Shown one piece after another: positions 36,386 through 49,799 of a DNA stretch of 64,000 bases. How positions within the stretch are numbered: the first letter of the stretch is position 1; every line of letters begins with the position of its first letter. Where the stretch lies: positions 85,996,001-86,060,000 of the forward strand of contig NC_045696.1 of NCBI RefSeq assembly GCF_009834535.1, written 5' to 3'. Source of the DNA: Camelus ferus. Its lineage: Eukaryota. The position numbers and the translations under genes were made by a program. A model generated the notes under the pieces. That model did no database searches. It was not told where the DNA came from and worked only from the letters and a program-made list of their open reading frames with translations.

Positions 36386-39115
36386 TTTTTTCATAACCCT
36401 AGGACTCTCCTGACTCCTTTCCTAATTTTCTTTCCACTGCATGGTGCTATCTCTTTCTCTAGAAAAGGCTTTTTTTTCCTCTAGAAATTCTGGAGGTGAA
36501 ATGAGCATATGTCTATGAAAGGACATTCTTCATACAAAAGGAAGCAGGTAAGTGAATAAGTTGCTATTTGAGGTTGCTCTTTTTGGAAAGGGAATAATAG
36601 GCAAACATTTTTAATATATTACTGTGTTTTGAGGAAATAGAATTCAATCCATAACTGAGATGATACTAAAAATGTTTTACATTGATAGATCATGGCAATA
36701 ACCACTCAGAATGAGGGATAAGTCCTCAGGAAAGTCTCTACAACTGATAAAAACTGATTTTTATTCCAAATAGAATTGGTTTATTGGCTGTTTTGGCCTC
36801 ATTAAGCCATAGTGTAGATCTCTAGCTTCTTTAAAATTGTACCCACGTTAACTCCTCAAGGATCATATTTAATTCCAGAAACTTAAAAGTTACCAAGCCA
36901 AATACACAAAAACTTATGACTAGCTCAATAGTAATAACTAACACTTCTCAGCTGGATGCTGCTATACTCTGCAGGTAATAGCCAGAGTCATCACAAACTG
37001 TTATTCTTGGCAAAAATTCAACTGTATCAGTGTGCTTTAAATGAAATGCATACCATAAGAAAGCTCTAATTTCCATTCATTAGTTTGATATCCAACTTTC
37101 CAATTAAAAAGTAACCTTTTCCAATGACTGATATAGCTCAAACTGTTACTGTCTCTTAGAATGGGCTTTATAATTTTCCTTATCTCAACTTGAACGTGGT
37201 TTCTTCTAACATCACACTTAATGCATTTTCTATTTAAATTTTCAATGAAATTTACTAACATTTATTTGCAAGGTTAAGAAAAGTCTCACACTTAAGAAAA
37301 TACAAATGTATTTATGCAAATATTTAAACATTGTTATACTTTTTTATACAAAGTGATGTTTCAGCTGAGAATCTACCATTATGTCTCCACTAAATATATT
37401 ACATTTCCCATGAATCCTACTTTGTAGTGCTTCCCTACGAGGAGATTTTAATAATAGCACAAAGCCTGTCTTCACAGAAATGATACTGAACTTCCAAGTA
37501 CTTCTTTAAAACTTAAGTTTATAAGAGTTTCTTTTCCAAAAATAGTTCACCATTGAAATGGCTTTTTAACATCTGTCTAACTCAAATCAGACTGCCAGAG
37601 TAGAGAATAAAGCTATGAAATATGTCAAAGAAAGTAATAATTTCCCATTGAACCACTGACATAGGCCACTAAACTTGGGCCATGCTGGTTAAGAGCAATG
37701 TCTGTAGAGGAAGAGTGTCTGGATTTTAAATATTGCTCTTGCAATTATTAGCTTTGTATGCTGGAAAGTATTGTCGCCTTCTTCATAAAAGAAACTGGTA
37801 TATGGAGAGAGGACCTCTCTTTGGGACACTGTTGTGATAGGATGTGTCACTTTTTGTGTGACAGTGATGAAAGCCTGAAGATAAAAAAACAACTAGCTTA
37901 ACCAAAATCTCCCCCTCACTCCCAATGACAAAGATCAAATCTCATAACCACCTTTAATGGCAAGAGGGGAAAATGAGCATGGTGCATGTTAATCTTTATC
38001 TAATCATATATTCAACAGTTGCCGTGTAGACTCTGTGACATGTGTTTGGAAATGTTGCTACTATGTGCCAAGCAAAGAAGCAAAGTAGTAGCCAAGCAAA
38101 GAAGGCACATTATTCTTGATACACTTTGTCCCCATGAATCAGTAAATGACATAGACATTTTGTCATTTTGCAATCTGAAACTTAGGCTGCTGTTTCTGCC
38201 TATAAATGCTACCCTGAACTCTGCCAAATTATATGTCCTCATTTTCAGTGTAAAACATATGATCACTATTTGTATGTATTAGCTACGTCATCTGCTACTG
38301 GGGGTGATGACTCATTTCTAGCCCTTATGAGTGGCATGGGATCTTAGCTCTGTCTAGCTGCCATGTCTCTATTGGAATATGTCTTCCTTGGAGAGAGACA
38401 GAGGGAAGGGAAGGAGAGAAGGAGAGAGAGGAAGAAAGAGAAAAAAGGGTTGGGAGAGAGATTAGATTGGGAAACATAAAAATATAATCTACTGATTCAG
38501 ATAAACTTTTGTCTAATTTTGCTTGGGGTGAGCCTTAAACAAAGTTATCAGCAGTAAAAGCCACTAAAAATAGTCTGGACTCCCCTAATAAATATTTTAA
38601 AAGACAAGAAATAGTGGAGATCATATAAAATTGATATAATATTCAGAGTTTAGTAATTGCAAATTGATTTGTCCTTTGAGATTTAAGCTTAGTTTTTATC
38701 TTTCAGATTACTGTATCTTTAATAAAAACATCTTATTTTATGACATTTAACAGACAAATTTCAATTATTATAAATGCCTTGAAGAAACAAATTTTAAGGA
38801 ATTAACCTTAGTTTACAAGTAATAGCTTAGTGTCTTAATGCAAATGTAAGTTTCAATTCCCCAAAAGAGAAAGGAAATTCAAAACTTAGATTTTTATTGC
38901 TGAAGGAAAACTTTTATTTGCCATCACCTAGATATCAGTTAAATGAACAAAATATGTATGGAGTGATTAATATATATATTGTATTATTAATGTATACATA
39001 TGATAAGAGACCTGTTGTTTAAAATTTTTCATTATATTGTTGAAAGTAAAATTTTATATCTAAATATTAACAGTAGTGTTTCCAAGGATTTAGAGTATTC
39101 CATGAGTCCTGTTCT

Positions 39116-39773
39116 CTTTTCTCTTTTCTTTCCCTAGATTAGGCCTTTTTATTGAATGACTTATCTATGTAATTGCCAAAGCCACTATGTACAGACAAGA
39201 GAGTTGGAGCTTTATTACTTGGTCTCTTCTTCCTTGGACTGTCTTGATGATTTCCTGCTTCTGACCTGGAATGGTTCTTCAGGGCTTTGCACCTTCTGTG
39301 GTTGTAGACCTGCAGGCTTCCGCCTCGTCACCCAAAAGCTGCTTGCAAGTCCTGTCTGCCTTCAGTTTGTGGACATGTTCCATGACAACCCACTAGTTTG
39401 CGAACACATTCCTCTTCACTTTCAGGTAGCAGTTGTGATACATGTGATACATTCTTAGACTCATGGTTTCTGAGCAGCAGGCACAGAATTTTCACCTTCC
39501 TTATCCAGGTTATGTTCCTGGGCATTCCGGCATCAAAATGCTTACCTGTTCCCACGTACCCACCCTTCACCTGGAGCAAGGTGTTGGGGCATTCACGGGC
39601 TTCTGGATGAGCAGCCCATCATAGTCAGCTTGAAGATCTGACCCGACTTGGCTTTGGCGATCTCATTGGTCTCATTGGGGTCCAATCAGACCTTTTTTTT
39701 CTTAGCAGAGGACACTCAAAGGGAGCCTCTTCTGAAGCCTGAGTAAATTCATGGCTGCAGGCAGCCGCAAAAG
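39116..39773 (-). pseudogene. RPL19: Processed pseudogene of 60S ribosomal protein L19 (eL19), full length, disabled
   Basis: Reverse strand: 5' leader cttttgcggctgcctgcagccATG (ATG at 39752-39750), then ctcaggcttcagaagaggctc (LRLQKRL), gaccccaatgagaccaatgagatcgcc (DPNETNEIA), MP..ITWIRKVKIL, and a C-terminal KEEETK* near 39212. The RPL19-like 3' UTR follows (ttgtctgtacatagtggc...aataaa at 39153-39148), then a decayed poly(A). No introns; frameshifts, stops and deletions present. Flanking repeat core agtcctgt at 39105-39112 and 39779-39786. Confidence 0.97.
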
Positions 39774-39933
39774 TTCTCAGTCCTGTACTTTGTTAGCTGT
39801 TGCTCCACACATAATTAAGAACAATCACATGTGTTGGGGAGATGGAACAATCTATAATCAGATCTGTGTTTTGGTTTCCATTCTTTAATCTGTTAGCTGC
39901 AGCGGTACCAGTTGGACAAGTTCATTTTATTAG

Positions 39934-40235
39934 GCACCTTTTCATGTGCCTGGTGGTCATTGTATGTATGTCTTCTCTGGAAAAATGTCTGTTCAGAGTC
40001 TTTGTCTATTTTAAAAGCAGATTATTTAGGTTTGTTTGTTTGTTTTTGCTGTTGACTTGCATGAGTTTTTTGTATATTTTAGATACCAAACTCTTATCAG
40101 ATATACAGTTTGCAAATATTTTCCCCCATTCTATAGATTGCCTTTTCATTTTGTTGGTAGTTTTCTTTGCTTTAAAGTTTTTTAATTTGACATAGAACCC
40201 TTTTTCTTTTTTTTTTTTTTTTTTGCTTTGCTTTC
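39934..40235 (-). mobile_element. L1 ORF2 fragment (L1MA/MB-like)
   Basis: gcaccttttcatgtgcctg...tcttctctggaaaaatgtctgttcag...tttgcaaatattttcccccattctatagattgccttttcattttg. Confidence 0.9.
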
Positions 40236-40399
40236 CTAGTTGAAAGCCATTACATTTCTGATACTGAACTAAATATTGATTTTGTTCTTTTTTTCCATCA
40301 GTCCATATAATCCCAAGACACTGATATCTCTAAACATCTACAACTCCTTTACCCCTTATTTCCTTATTTATGACTTAAGAAATAGGAAACTAATATTTT

Positions 40400-40600
40400 C
40401 TGCGTGCAGATTTTGTGCCTAGCATTATACATGAAGCTTTAAACATATTAACACATTTAAACAGCAAACCTGAGGCTTATTTTTTTTATCATATGCTTTA
40501 ACCGAGTTCTGAAAAGTTTAATGAAATTCCCCAAATTAATTCAGCCCCAAAATGATCAAGGTAGGAATTAATTCAACCATTCGATTTCAAATTTTTACTT
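40400..40600 (-). mobile_element. Degraded MIR
   Basis: tgtgcctagcattatacatgaagctttaaacatattaacacatttaa... Confidence 0.5.
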
Positions 40601-40831
40601 TATCTTCCAAGCAGCAGAGCTTGTACTCTAAAGGGTAGAAGAAAATAACCATGTGTAGTCATAACAGAGTGAAGAGGACTGAAATTTGAGAAGGTAGTAC
40701 AATTTGAGGAAGAGAGAGGATATCAATGTGCCTAGCTTTCATTTGCTTTTTCTATCCAAATGTTATATTTTATATACTTGAAATGATCTAGGAGTGTTAA
40801 AATTGATGTAGAAATTTTATACCATCATAAC

Positions 40832-41361
40832 TGTGATAGTTAATTTTATGTGTCAGCTTGACTGGCCTAAGGAATGCACAGATAGCTGGTAAGACATGAT
40901 TTCTGGACATGTCTGTGAGGGTGCTTCCAGAACAGATTAGCATTTGAACTGGGAAACTGAGCGAAGCAGATGGCACTCTCCAACGTGGTTGGGCATCACC
41001 ACATCCACTGAGGGCCAGAATAAAACAAAAAGGCAGAAGAAGGGTGAATTTGCTCTCTCCCTCTGCTTGATACAAGATACCCATCTTCTCCTGCCCTTGG
41101 ACATCAGTGCTCCTAGTTCTGAGCTTCTCACCTGGACTCAGATCTGGACTTTACACCATTAACCCTCCAATTCGTAGGTCTTTGGACTCAGACTGGATTA
41201 TAACCCTGACTTTCCTGGTTGTCAACCTTATTTGTGGCAGATCATGGGACTTCTTGGCCTCCATACTGTGTGAGCCAATTCCTATAATAATGTGGTCTTA
41301 TATGTATCTATTTATATATATCCTTTTAGTTTTCTTTTTCTGGAGAACCCTGACTAATACA
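40832..41361 (+). mobile_element. ERVL solo LTR (MLT2B-like)
   Basis: tgtgatagttaattttatgtgtcagcttgactgg...ctggagaaccctgactaataca; TG...CA ends; 5-bp TSD ataac/gtaac. Confidence 0.93.
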
Positions 41362-41969
41362 GTAACCATTTCCTAAAAGGAGATTATGGGACTAGTGGAG
41401 TAGGTAGTTCTTGGTATCAAAATAACATGAAAACCCTCACTACCTTGAATGACTTTTAGTAGGAGTATAGCTTGGTGTTAATAAAATTCAAGTTATTTCA
41501 CCTTCAAAATGTTGATAAGTGGACTGATGATAGTAATAGCCACTAGGCACTTCCCTGATAAGCCTCCTTAATTAGGAGGAAACTGAAACATGCTAATTAG
41601 TAGTATACTTCACCATTTCCAATTTCCTCATCTGCAACAAAAGATCTCCCTCTGTTTTTGAAGTGATTCGTTATAAAGTAGTATCTACACATTTTGCATT
41701 TCTTTTAAATCTGGTGAATTGTGTCCACCAAATAAATTATACCTATTAGAATTTAAATTTATTGCTGTTCAAAGTATTTGTAAAACCTGGTTCCCTAAAT
41801 ATGTTTAGGGAAGTTTTGTTGTCTTCAACTATTTGGAGAAACTTTTGACCTAGTAACGAAAATGATCAATTACTTATACAGAATTTTTCACTTACATAAA
41901 AATTGTTGCTATATTGCTCAAAATTATAAAAATAGCACACATTTATGGAAGAAAAGTAGAAATATGGAA

Positions 41970-42290
41970 ATTGCATCATATACAAAAATTAAATTGAAAA
42001 GAGGTCATTTAACTAAACACAAAAGCTGAAAACCTGTTAAATTTCTGAAATAAGAGATAATAATATTGTGACTCTGCGTTAGGCAAGAATTTCTTATGGT
42101 AAGATACAAAAAGCATATGCCATTAAAAAATATGAATTAGATATCACCAAAATTTAAAACTTCTGTGTTTCAAAAGATATTATGAGGATAATGGAAAAAA
42201 AATACACTAGTAGACTAACAGAAATTCACAGTATACATACCTGGAAAAAGGACTTATTAACATTTTAAAAAATAAAACCATGGAAAATAA
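41970..42290 (+). mobile_element. Old L1 ORF2 fragment
   Basis: catcatatacaaaaattaa...ttaggcaagaatttctta...aaaatttaaaacttctgtgtttcaaaagata. Confidence 0.8.
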
Positions 42291-43950
42291 ACACAATTAT
42301 GTGTGTTATTGCTCTTAGAAACAGTACACTGGTAATGACAGGATGTCATTTTATCCTAGTAGAATATCTTCTAACCTTATATTACACCCACATTTAAACA
42401 TAACTAAAGTAAATAATGCTGTATACAAATAATGCAAAATAGCACAAGCTCCACTGGAATTCTATCCTTAGAAAAATTTAAATTATAAAGTAATTATTTC
42501 AGAACCCCAAAGTTAATTAGATATTTACTGATTAGGCACTGGAAATAATTTATTCAGATTTTATAAAATAAATCTTACTTTTCATAATTATAGACTTCTT
42601 AGGAAGAAGAGAAGAGAGGAAGAGAGGGAAGAGTAGGATGGGGAAACAGAGACAGATAGGTAGACAGTGAAAGAGTGGGGGGTGTCAAGGGTGAGAAGTG
42701 GTATAGGGGTCATTAACTTTCCAGTGAGCTCTCAGAGTTTGCAGGTGGTAATTTGAAAGGTTTCCAGTGCTATCAAAGGAAATGACATAAGCTGCTTTGA
42801 CAAAAGATGGTAAACGAAGCCCACCTTTTTAATTAGCCTCCTTGAATGTTGATCATTCTAAACACAAGTTTATTCCTGGGCTTTTACATCTTACCTATGA
42901 ATAATGCACGCTAGTGCAATTAAACTTCAACACCAAGTAAGAACTCAAAGGATCTTTTTAATACCAAACATTTAAAATTATTATTTTCGTTAAATGTGTA
43001 CAAGTTCAATTAAGGATGCCCCCCAGCACACACAGACCCACACGAAGTATCATCTGGAGAACACCCACTGGCCACACGTACTTGTGCCTTAATGAGATAA
43101 TCATTGTCCAGGTTAACGGTCAGCTTGCAGGACAAGAAACGCAATCTCATCACCATCCCAGAGTTGTTTCTGCTGGATGTTGTTAATTTCTGTTGGTGAA
43201 GCTACGAAAGACTTAGAAGTATATATGAAAGACAGTTAAATTACAATGTGAGGTATGTAACTCCCAGGGATATTAGATAGATGAGGCATTTTGACTAACC
43301 CATAGTTAATTTCTAGATAAACTACACTGGAAAACAAATGATCAGGTGTTTGGTTTTAGTGCCTAGTATTAGGAAAAGGAGCGATGGTTTAAGAAATCAA
43401 ATGTAAAAACCTACAAGGCTCCACCTGTTGGAAACAAAGTTTGCCAGTTATTTATGTTGGCCCACAGGGAAACCTGCTCTGAGACAATGACTGGGTGGGC
43501 ACTGCCCTGTTTGCTTCTGTGACCCCTTAAAATGTGTGTGGAATTTATTTACCTTTTATTCTAAATGCTTTAATTTTTCTGATTAGGTTGATACATGGAA
43601 CTACTTTACAATCATGCTCTACAGGTCCTGGAGTTGTCATTTTAGAGAGAGGGTCTTAATATCAATTTTAATATTCCACACAAACTTTTGTGCCTACATA
43701 TGCAAATTTATTAACTTTCCTCTGAGAAAAGGACTTTATCATTTTTTAAATTCACAGTATACCCAAAAGTTTCTAATCCACTGTTTCAAGACTTGGGCAT
43801 ATCCCTCTCGGTTTTACAATTTTGATTTCAGAGGGCAATCCCTTTTACTTTATTTCCTAAACCTAATGGGGCATATCTCTTTTGCCCCTCGGATGACCTA
43901 AAATTTTAATAACTGCAAAAGCAAAATCATGTGCTGATTTGAGAACTGAA

Positions 43951-44505
43951 TGTATTAATTTTCTATTGCTACATGATCAATTTCCACAAATTTATAGCTT
44001 AAGAAAACACCCATTTTATTATCTTATAGTTCTGTAGGTCAGATGTTCAATTTGGCTTGAACCAATTTGGTTTCTTTGCTAGAGTCTTACATGGCCTAAA
44101 CCAAGGATAGGCTCTAATCTGGAAGCTGAAGGCAAGAATCCACTTTAAACTCAGTCATGTTGTCAACAGAATCCAGTTTTAGCAGCAGGGAGTTTAAAGT
44201 CTGCTTCCTTGCTGGCTCTCAGCCAGTGGCCACTAACCTCTTTCCTTCTTATGTGGCCTCCTCCATCTTCAAACCAGGAAGGGCACATCGAATCCTCACT
44301 CTTGGAATCCCTCTGCCTTCTCCTTTTACCATTGATTAGAAAAAACTCTCTGTTTTTTAAAGGACTCGTGATTAATTCAGATCTGCCTGGACAGTCCCCA
44401 TTTTAACGTCAGTTTGCCAGTCAACAGCACACAGTCTTATTCACAGGTTCTGAGAACTAGGGCAGGACATTTTTGGGGTGTCATCCACAAATGTTGCCTA
44501 CCACA
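43951..44505 (-). mobile_element. MaLR solo LTR (MLT1D/E-like)
   Basis: tgtattaattttctattgct...ttatagttctgtaggtcaga...cctccatcttcaaaccag...tgcctaccaca is a reverse MLT1 with both termini. Confidence 0.88.
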
Positions 44506-45528
44506 ATAGAAAAGCAAGTAATTTGCTAACTCTAAAAAAAAATCTAAGATTCTGTAACAAAATTTAACTGTAGTATGAAAAACTTTATAAAGTCTCATTT
44601 CTTTAAAGAAACTTAAAGAGCCAAGAAACTGTAAATTACTTCAGGAAATTAAAATCAAGAATATTCATTTGATTTGTTAAAATTGAAGTCTATACTATTT
44701 CTTCTACTTTTCTGAAGGTTAGGATGACACACCATAAAGGAAAAGAAATAAAACTGTCCTGTTACAAGTAAATTCAATAGAAATTATGATTTCTAGGTCT
44801 ATATTGTTATTGAGCAGTATTTGCTGCTTGGTAGGTAATATTCATCTCTCAAATATATTTTTAAAAATTAAATTTAGAATAATGCGTTTTAATGACAATA
44901 GAGTGATGGTGAAGAATTGAAGTGGTAAAAAGCATTATTAGTAAGACATTTCTTTATACAAACTGATTATCTTGTGAATATACTGGATTGAAAAAATATA
45001 ATGAGAAAAATCAAGTCACTCATGCTTAAAGCTGAAGCTTTCTATGGATATTTTTATATTATGAGCTCAGCTCTAAGATGGGAAATGACTGCTTTTTAAA
45101 TAACATTCTTTCTAAATATTTATTTTTACATGTATGTGAAGATTACACTACTAATACCCTTAGGTCGTTTGAGAAATCGCTGCTAGATATACTTATTTTG
45201 CTTTTCTTAGCACTACTTGTAAGACAAATATATAGATTTCAGGTTTATGTTCCCAAAGTACTTTTATGAAATGGCTCAAAAATAATATTTTATGTGGATT
45301 TTTCACTATTTTAAGGTACCAGCACTATTTCACTATTTTAAGGTATCAGCAGTTTTTTTTATTATTAAATACACTTACATTATTAAAATTCCTTGGGTAA
45401 AATCTTCATTGTAGCATGGAACTCTGAGCCTCTATCATGTTGCTAAATACTGTGTTAAAGAAGTAATAATTTTCCTCAGAAAACCTGTACGACATAATCA
45501 CATGCTAAATATAAACATTATCAGTTAG

Positions 45529-46808
45529 TTTTTACTGTGTTAAAATAAATATGACATGAAGATTTTCATTTTATCCATTTTTAAATGTACAATTCAGTGG
45601 CATTAAGTATAGTCACAGTGTGATGTGACCATCCACCATGATCTATTTTCAAAACTTACTCATCAACAGAAACAGAAACTCTGTAACCATTAAGCAATAT
45701 AATTCCAAATTCCTCCTTCCAGGCCCTTGTAACCTCTATTCTACTTTCTGTTTCTATGAATTTGCCCATTCTGGATACATATTATAAGTGGAATCATACA
45801 ATATTTGTCCTTTTGTGTCTGGCTCACTTCACTTAGCATAATGTTTTCAAAGTTTATCCATCTTGTAGCATGAATCAGAACATTGTTACTTGCTATGGCT
45901 GATTAATATTCCATTGTATATATATTCCATTATATGTGTTATACATCTATCTGTTGATGGACACTTGGACTGTTTCCACTTTTTGGCTATTGTGAATAAC
46001 ATTGCTATGAACATTGATATATAAGTATCAGTTTGAGTCCCTGTTTTCAAGTCATTTGAGTAGTCATCTAGGAATAGAAACGATAGATCATGTAATAATT
46101 CCACATTTAACTTTTTTGAGGACCTGCCAAACTGTTTTCCATAGCAGCTGCATCATTTTACATTTCCAATTGCAGTGCCCAAAGGTTCCAATTTCTCCAC
46201 ATCTTTTTCAACATCTGTTATTTTCCATTTTCCTTTTTTTTTTTTAATGATAGTCATTGCAATGGGGGTTAGGTGTTATCTCATTGTGATTTTGATTTGT
46301 ATTTTCCTAGTGTAATGACTAATTATGTTGACCATCTTTTCATGTGCTCATTGGCAATTTTTATTTCTTCTTTGGAGAAATATTTTTTCAAATTTATTGT
46401 CCATTTTCCAGTTTGACTGTTTTGTTGTTATTGTTGTTGTTTAGTTTTAGGAGCTCTTTATATATTCTAGTAATTAATCCTTGATCAGATATATGATTTT
46501 CAAATATTTTCTCCTATTCTGTAAGTTGTCTTTTCAGTTTATTGATAAATGTCCTCTGATGCACAGAAGTTTATAATTTTGATAAAGTCAAATTTTCTAT
46601 TTTCACTTTTTTTATATGCTTTCAGTGTCACATCCCAAAGGTCATCACTTAATCCAGTGTCCTTGAGATTCTTCCCTATATTTTCACCTATGACTTTTAT
46701 AGTTTAGTTCTTTGATCCATTTGAGTTAATTTTTTATATGATGTAAGGTCAAACTCCATTAATTTGCACGTGAATATCTAGTTTACCCAGAACCATTTGT
46801 TGAAGAGA
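45529..46808 (-). mobile_element. L1MB-like element, 3' UTR plus ORF2 C-terminus
   Basis: tacaattcagtggcattaagta..., aagtggaatcatacaatatttgtccttttgtgtctggct; ORF 45886-46104 (MFIAMLFTIAKKWKQSKCPST) is the L1 ORF2 C-terminus. Confidence 0.93.
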
Positions 46809-46814
46809 TTTTCA

Positions 46815-47355
46815 GGAAGTAACTCTGGAAATCTGATTCTCCCACTCCTCAGGTATCGCTGATTTCTACTTGTTATGGATTGGTACTGTCCACCTGTGAC
46901 TTCTCCAAATTATTTTTGTGAACTGTGTATTATTTTTTGTTTGAGGTACCAGAATTTTGGTTTTATTATGTCTGTGGTCAGCTAGTAGCCAGACAAGTAT
47001 TTTCTTAAATGTCTGGCTCCAGAAAGGGGAACAAAAAAGTGTACTGACCCTTTAAATTTCCCCTCGCTACCAATGGAGGAAGTAGCTGTTTCCAAGAGGA
47101 CACCAGACAGCTGCTCCAATGACTTGAACCATTCACCCTACAGAATAGGTAGGACTGAGAAGTGGGGTTGGTGACATGTTTACGCATGCTAATCTCATAC
47201 CTAAGAATAACTGTCTTTCCCTTCATCCAGTGTACGACAATTGTAAGTGTCAAATCAGGCTTCAGAGTTTCAGAATAGCTCTCTTCAATCTCTCTTGAAT
47301 GATTGCTTTGTTGAAGACACTTCTCAAATCTTCCTACTCTGTCATTTTGCATGAT
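46815..47355 (-). mobile_element. Old L1 5' region fragments
   Basis: aactctggaaatctgattctccc..., gtggtcagctagt; ends cttcctactctgtcattttg (reverse of an aaaatggcggagtaggaag-type L1 5' start). Confidence 0.5.
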
Positions 47356-48399
47356 GCCACTTCTTTCTTATCAGTGATTTTATAGCATAGTTTCTATAAT
47401 TTTCAAAGTTAATAGTAGGCAAAGGCTTAACTCATATAGCTTTCATTTAAATACAAAATCCTAATTTTTAAAATTGTGAACAAGGCAAAGATTTCCACAT
47501 GACGTATTTCCACCTAGACACTAATAAAAGCATTATTGGAATCTTGTGTTTTCTTCTTTTTGGCTTTTTAAATCTGTAAGATGGATTTTATTGTGAAAAA
47601 AATGTCATGTGGTTGTTACAATAACAAAAGATTTCATTGATATGGTTATTATAACTGGAATGGAAACATGCTCCCTACTCCTGACATGGCTTCTAATTAG
47701 GCATGTTAAACTGGGAGCTTCTGGATTTACGAAAACCAAGAATTGTGTATTGTAATTCAAAAGAATATCCTTGGGAACAATATGAAATGTTCTGACCTGA
47801 TAACTGAAACCTGGTAACTGAAATAGGTCGATGGGAACCAGAGATGGTCATTGTATTCTCTATTGCTTTTGTTGAGCCCAATTTGGTTACAATGAGAAAG
47901 GATGTTCATCAGGATAGAAGAGAAATACATGCAGTGATTCACCATACTAGCACAAGCTTTTCATCTTTCTTGTTTTTGTTGAGCAGTCAGAGGAAGTTTG
48001 CATTTACCTGGGAAATAGAATGCAATTCTCTTCAACCATGTTGTTGATCCTCCTGCTTAGTGCTTATAACTTATTAGGAGAGGACTGGCTCTAATTCGTA
48101 GTACCTGTATTTTGATTAAGTATAGTGATGCTAAAATGTTATTTAAAGTAACTGAACTGGATTTTATTTGCCTAAACAAACTGTAAATTCTTTAAGGTCT
48201 GTGTGTTTGGTAGATATTTCTTTGTATATAATTCAATGAATAATCCAATGTGTTCATACATGCATTGTCTGATTCATTTTTATAATGTAAATTTAGAGAA
48301 TATTCGATTTTGAACAACTTCCACTACATTTACTTCTATTCTTGCTTTTTTAAAAAAAATTCTAAAATTTCAAAATGCTGAAATAACAAATTAAAACTA

Positions 48400-48575
48400 T
48401 ACTCATGGAATATTTGTGGATAAAATAAAATGATATGTGGGATTTGTTATAAAACAAATTAGGAAGGAGGTAAGTAGATGTGCAGGTAAAACAATATTGT
48501 CATTGATGCGTAAAAGAAGACTCAAATTTTGTATGTATTTGATAATTTCCAAAATTAAGAGTAAAAAGAAATTAT
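48400..48575 (+). mobile_element. Old L1 3' terminal fragment
   Basis: atgatatgtgggatttg...tttgtatgtatttgataatttccaaaattaa. Confidence 0.55.
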
Positions 48576-49799
48576 AATCATACTATATGAAAAGTACTTA
48601 TTTAGAAGTATTTCTGAATTTTTCCAAAGTAACATATTTTTATCTTTTATTATATTACACAGGAAGGAAGAGTTTTAAAATGTATACTTAATGAAGATTA
48701 GAGTCACTTTTTGGCTTCCTGGAATAGTTTTTATTTTTTAATGCATATTGATTTGCATCAATGTTCTTTATGAATATACTTCTCTTATTCTTCAGAGAAG
48801 TTCAACTTATAGCATAAGGATGTGGCATTAGATACTAAGAAAAGTAACATGTCTGTCTGGGACTAAATAAGACTATCATTTGTTTTTAGGGACACCAAAT
48901 TAAAGACATTAGCCAAATAGTTTTACTGAAGTGGACATTAAAATAATAAAAACAGGCAAAACTAAATCATTCTTCTATTTTTGCAGTATTTTATTTATCC
49001 CTCCATTAAATTAAAAGCTTAAAGAATGCATACCTTTACAGGGTTTTGGAGGCTACATATATCAGTAATTTCCCTTTGCTTTGACTAAATGTTTAATTAC
49101 ATATGGTTTAGTGTTTAATTATAATATGATAAATATATAGTTCTTTTCCCATTCAATAAACTTTACAAACATTCCATAGTTTATTTGATACAGGTTCTTA
49201 TAAGTTTTTATGTTATCTTTTCCAGAATTTGTTATGATCAATGTATGACTCATTGTTACTGTATTTTTGAAAGTACAATTTACCCACATGTTGATATTCA
49301 TTTTTAATTACAATTACAAGTCTTTACAAATGAAGCAGATGTTTCATCCAGCTTTTGTTTCTGTTCCCTGAATCAATTTGTCTTCCCACTGAATTTCACA
49401 AATTATATAGGTATTTTTATGGCTATTCTATAGTCTAAACCAAATTGTACAACCAAAATAATGTTTCTGAACTTTTTCTATAATATAGAGAAAAGCCTTC
49501 TAAGAACACAATCATAGGAAGAAATCATAAAGGAAGAGATGGCTTTGAGTACATAAATATTAAGTGTCTTAGTTTTCCGAAAGCACAATTTGAAGTTACA
49601 CAAAACTTGGGAAAATAAGTGGTTATTAGCTTACATTCACTTTTACAAGTCTTTTACATCTACTATACTTGAACTCCTTGGTGTCAGGAAACATAGCTTT
49701 ATAAAATACTCTATTAGTATATAATTCTTTTTGGTTTTTCTGCAGGTATTGAATCAGTTTATAGTCTGAACTATTTTTACAAGTACATTTGTACAACAC

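Noticed and set aside
39328..39579. Functional RPL19 gene or retrogene
   Set aside because: Frameshifts, premature stops and deletions; the ORF shown drifts in and out of the RPL19 frame.
41791..41812. Hairpin ttccctaaa-tatg-tttagggaa as a terminator or miRNA
   Set aside because: A 9-bp stem is too short for a pre-miRNA and is expected by chance in 64 kb of AT-rich DNA.
47005..47352. 115-aa ORF
   Set aside because: Overlaps old L1 5'-like sequence; no recognisable protein similarity or exon structure.
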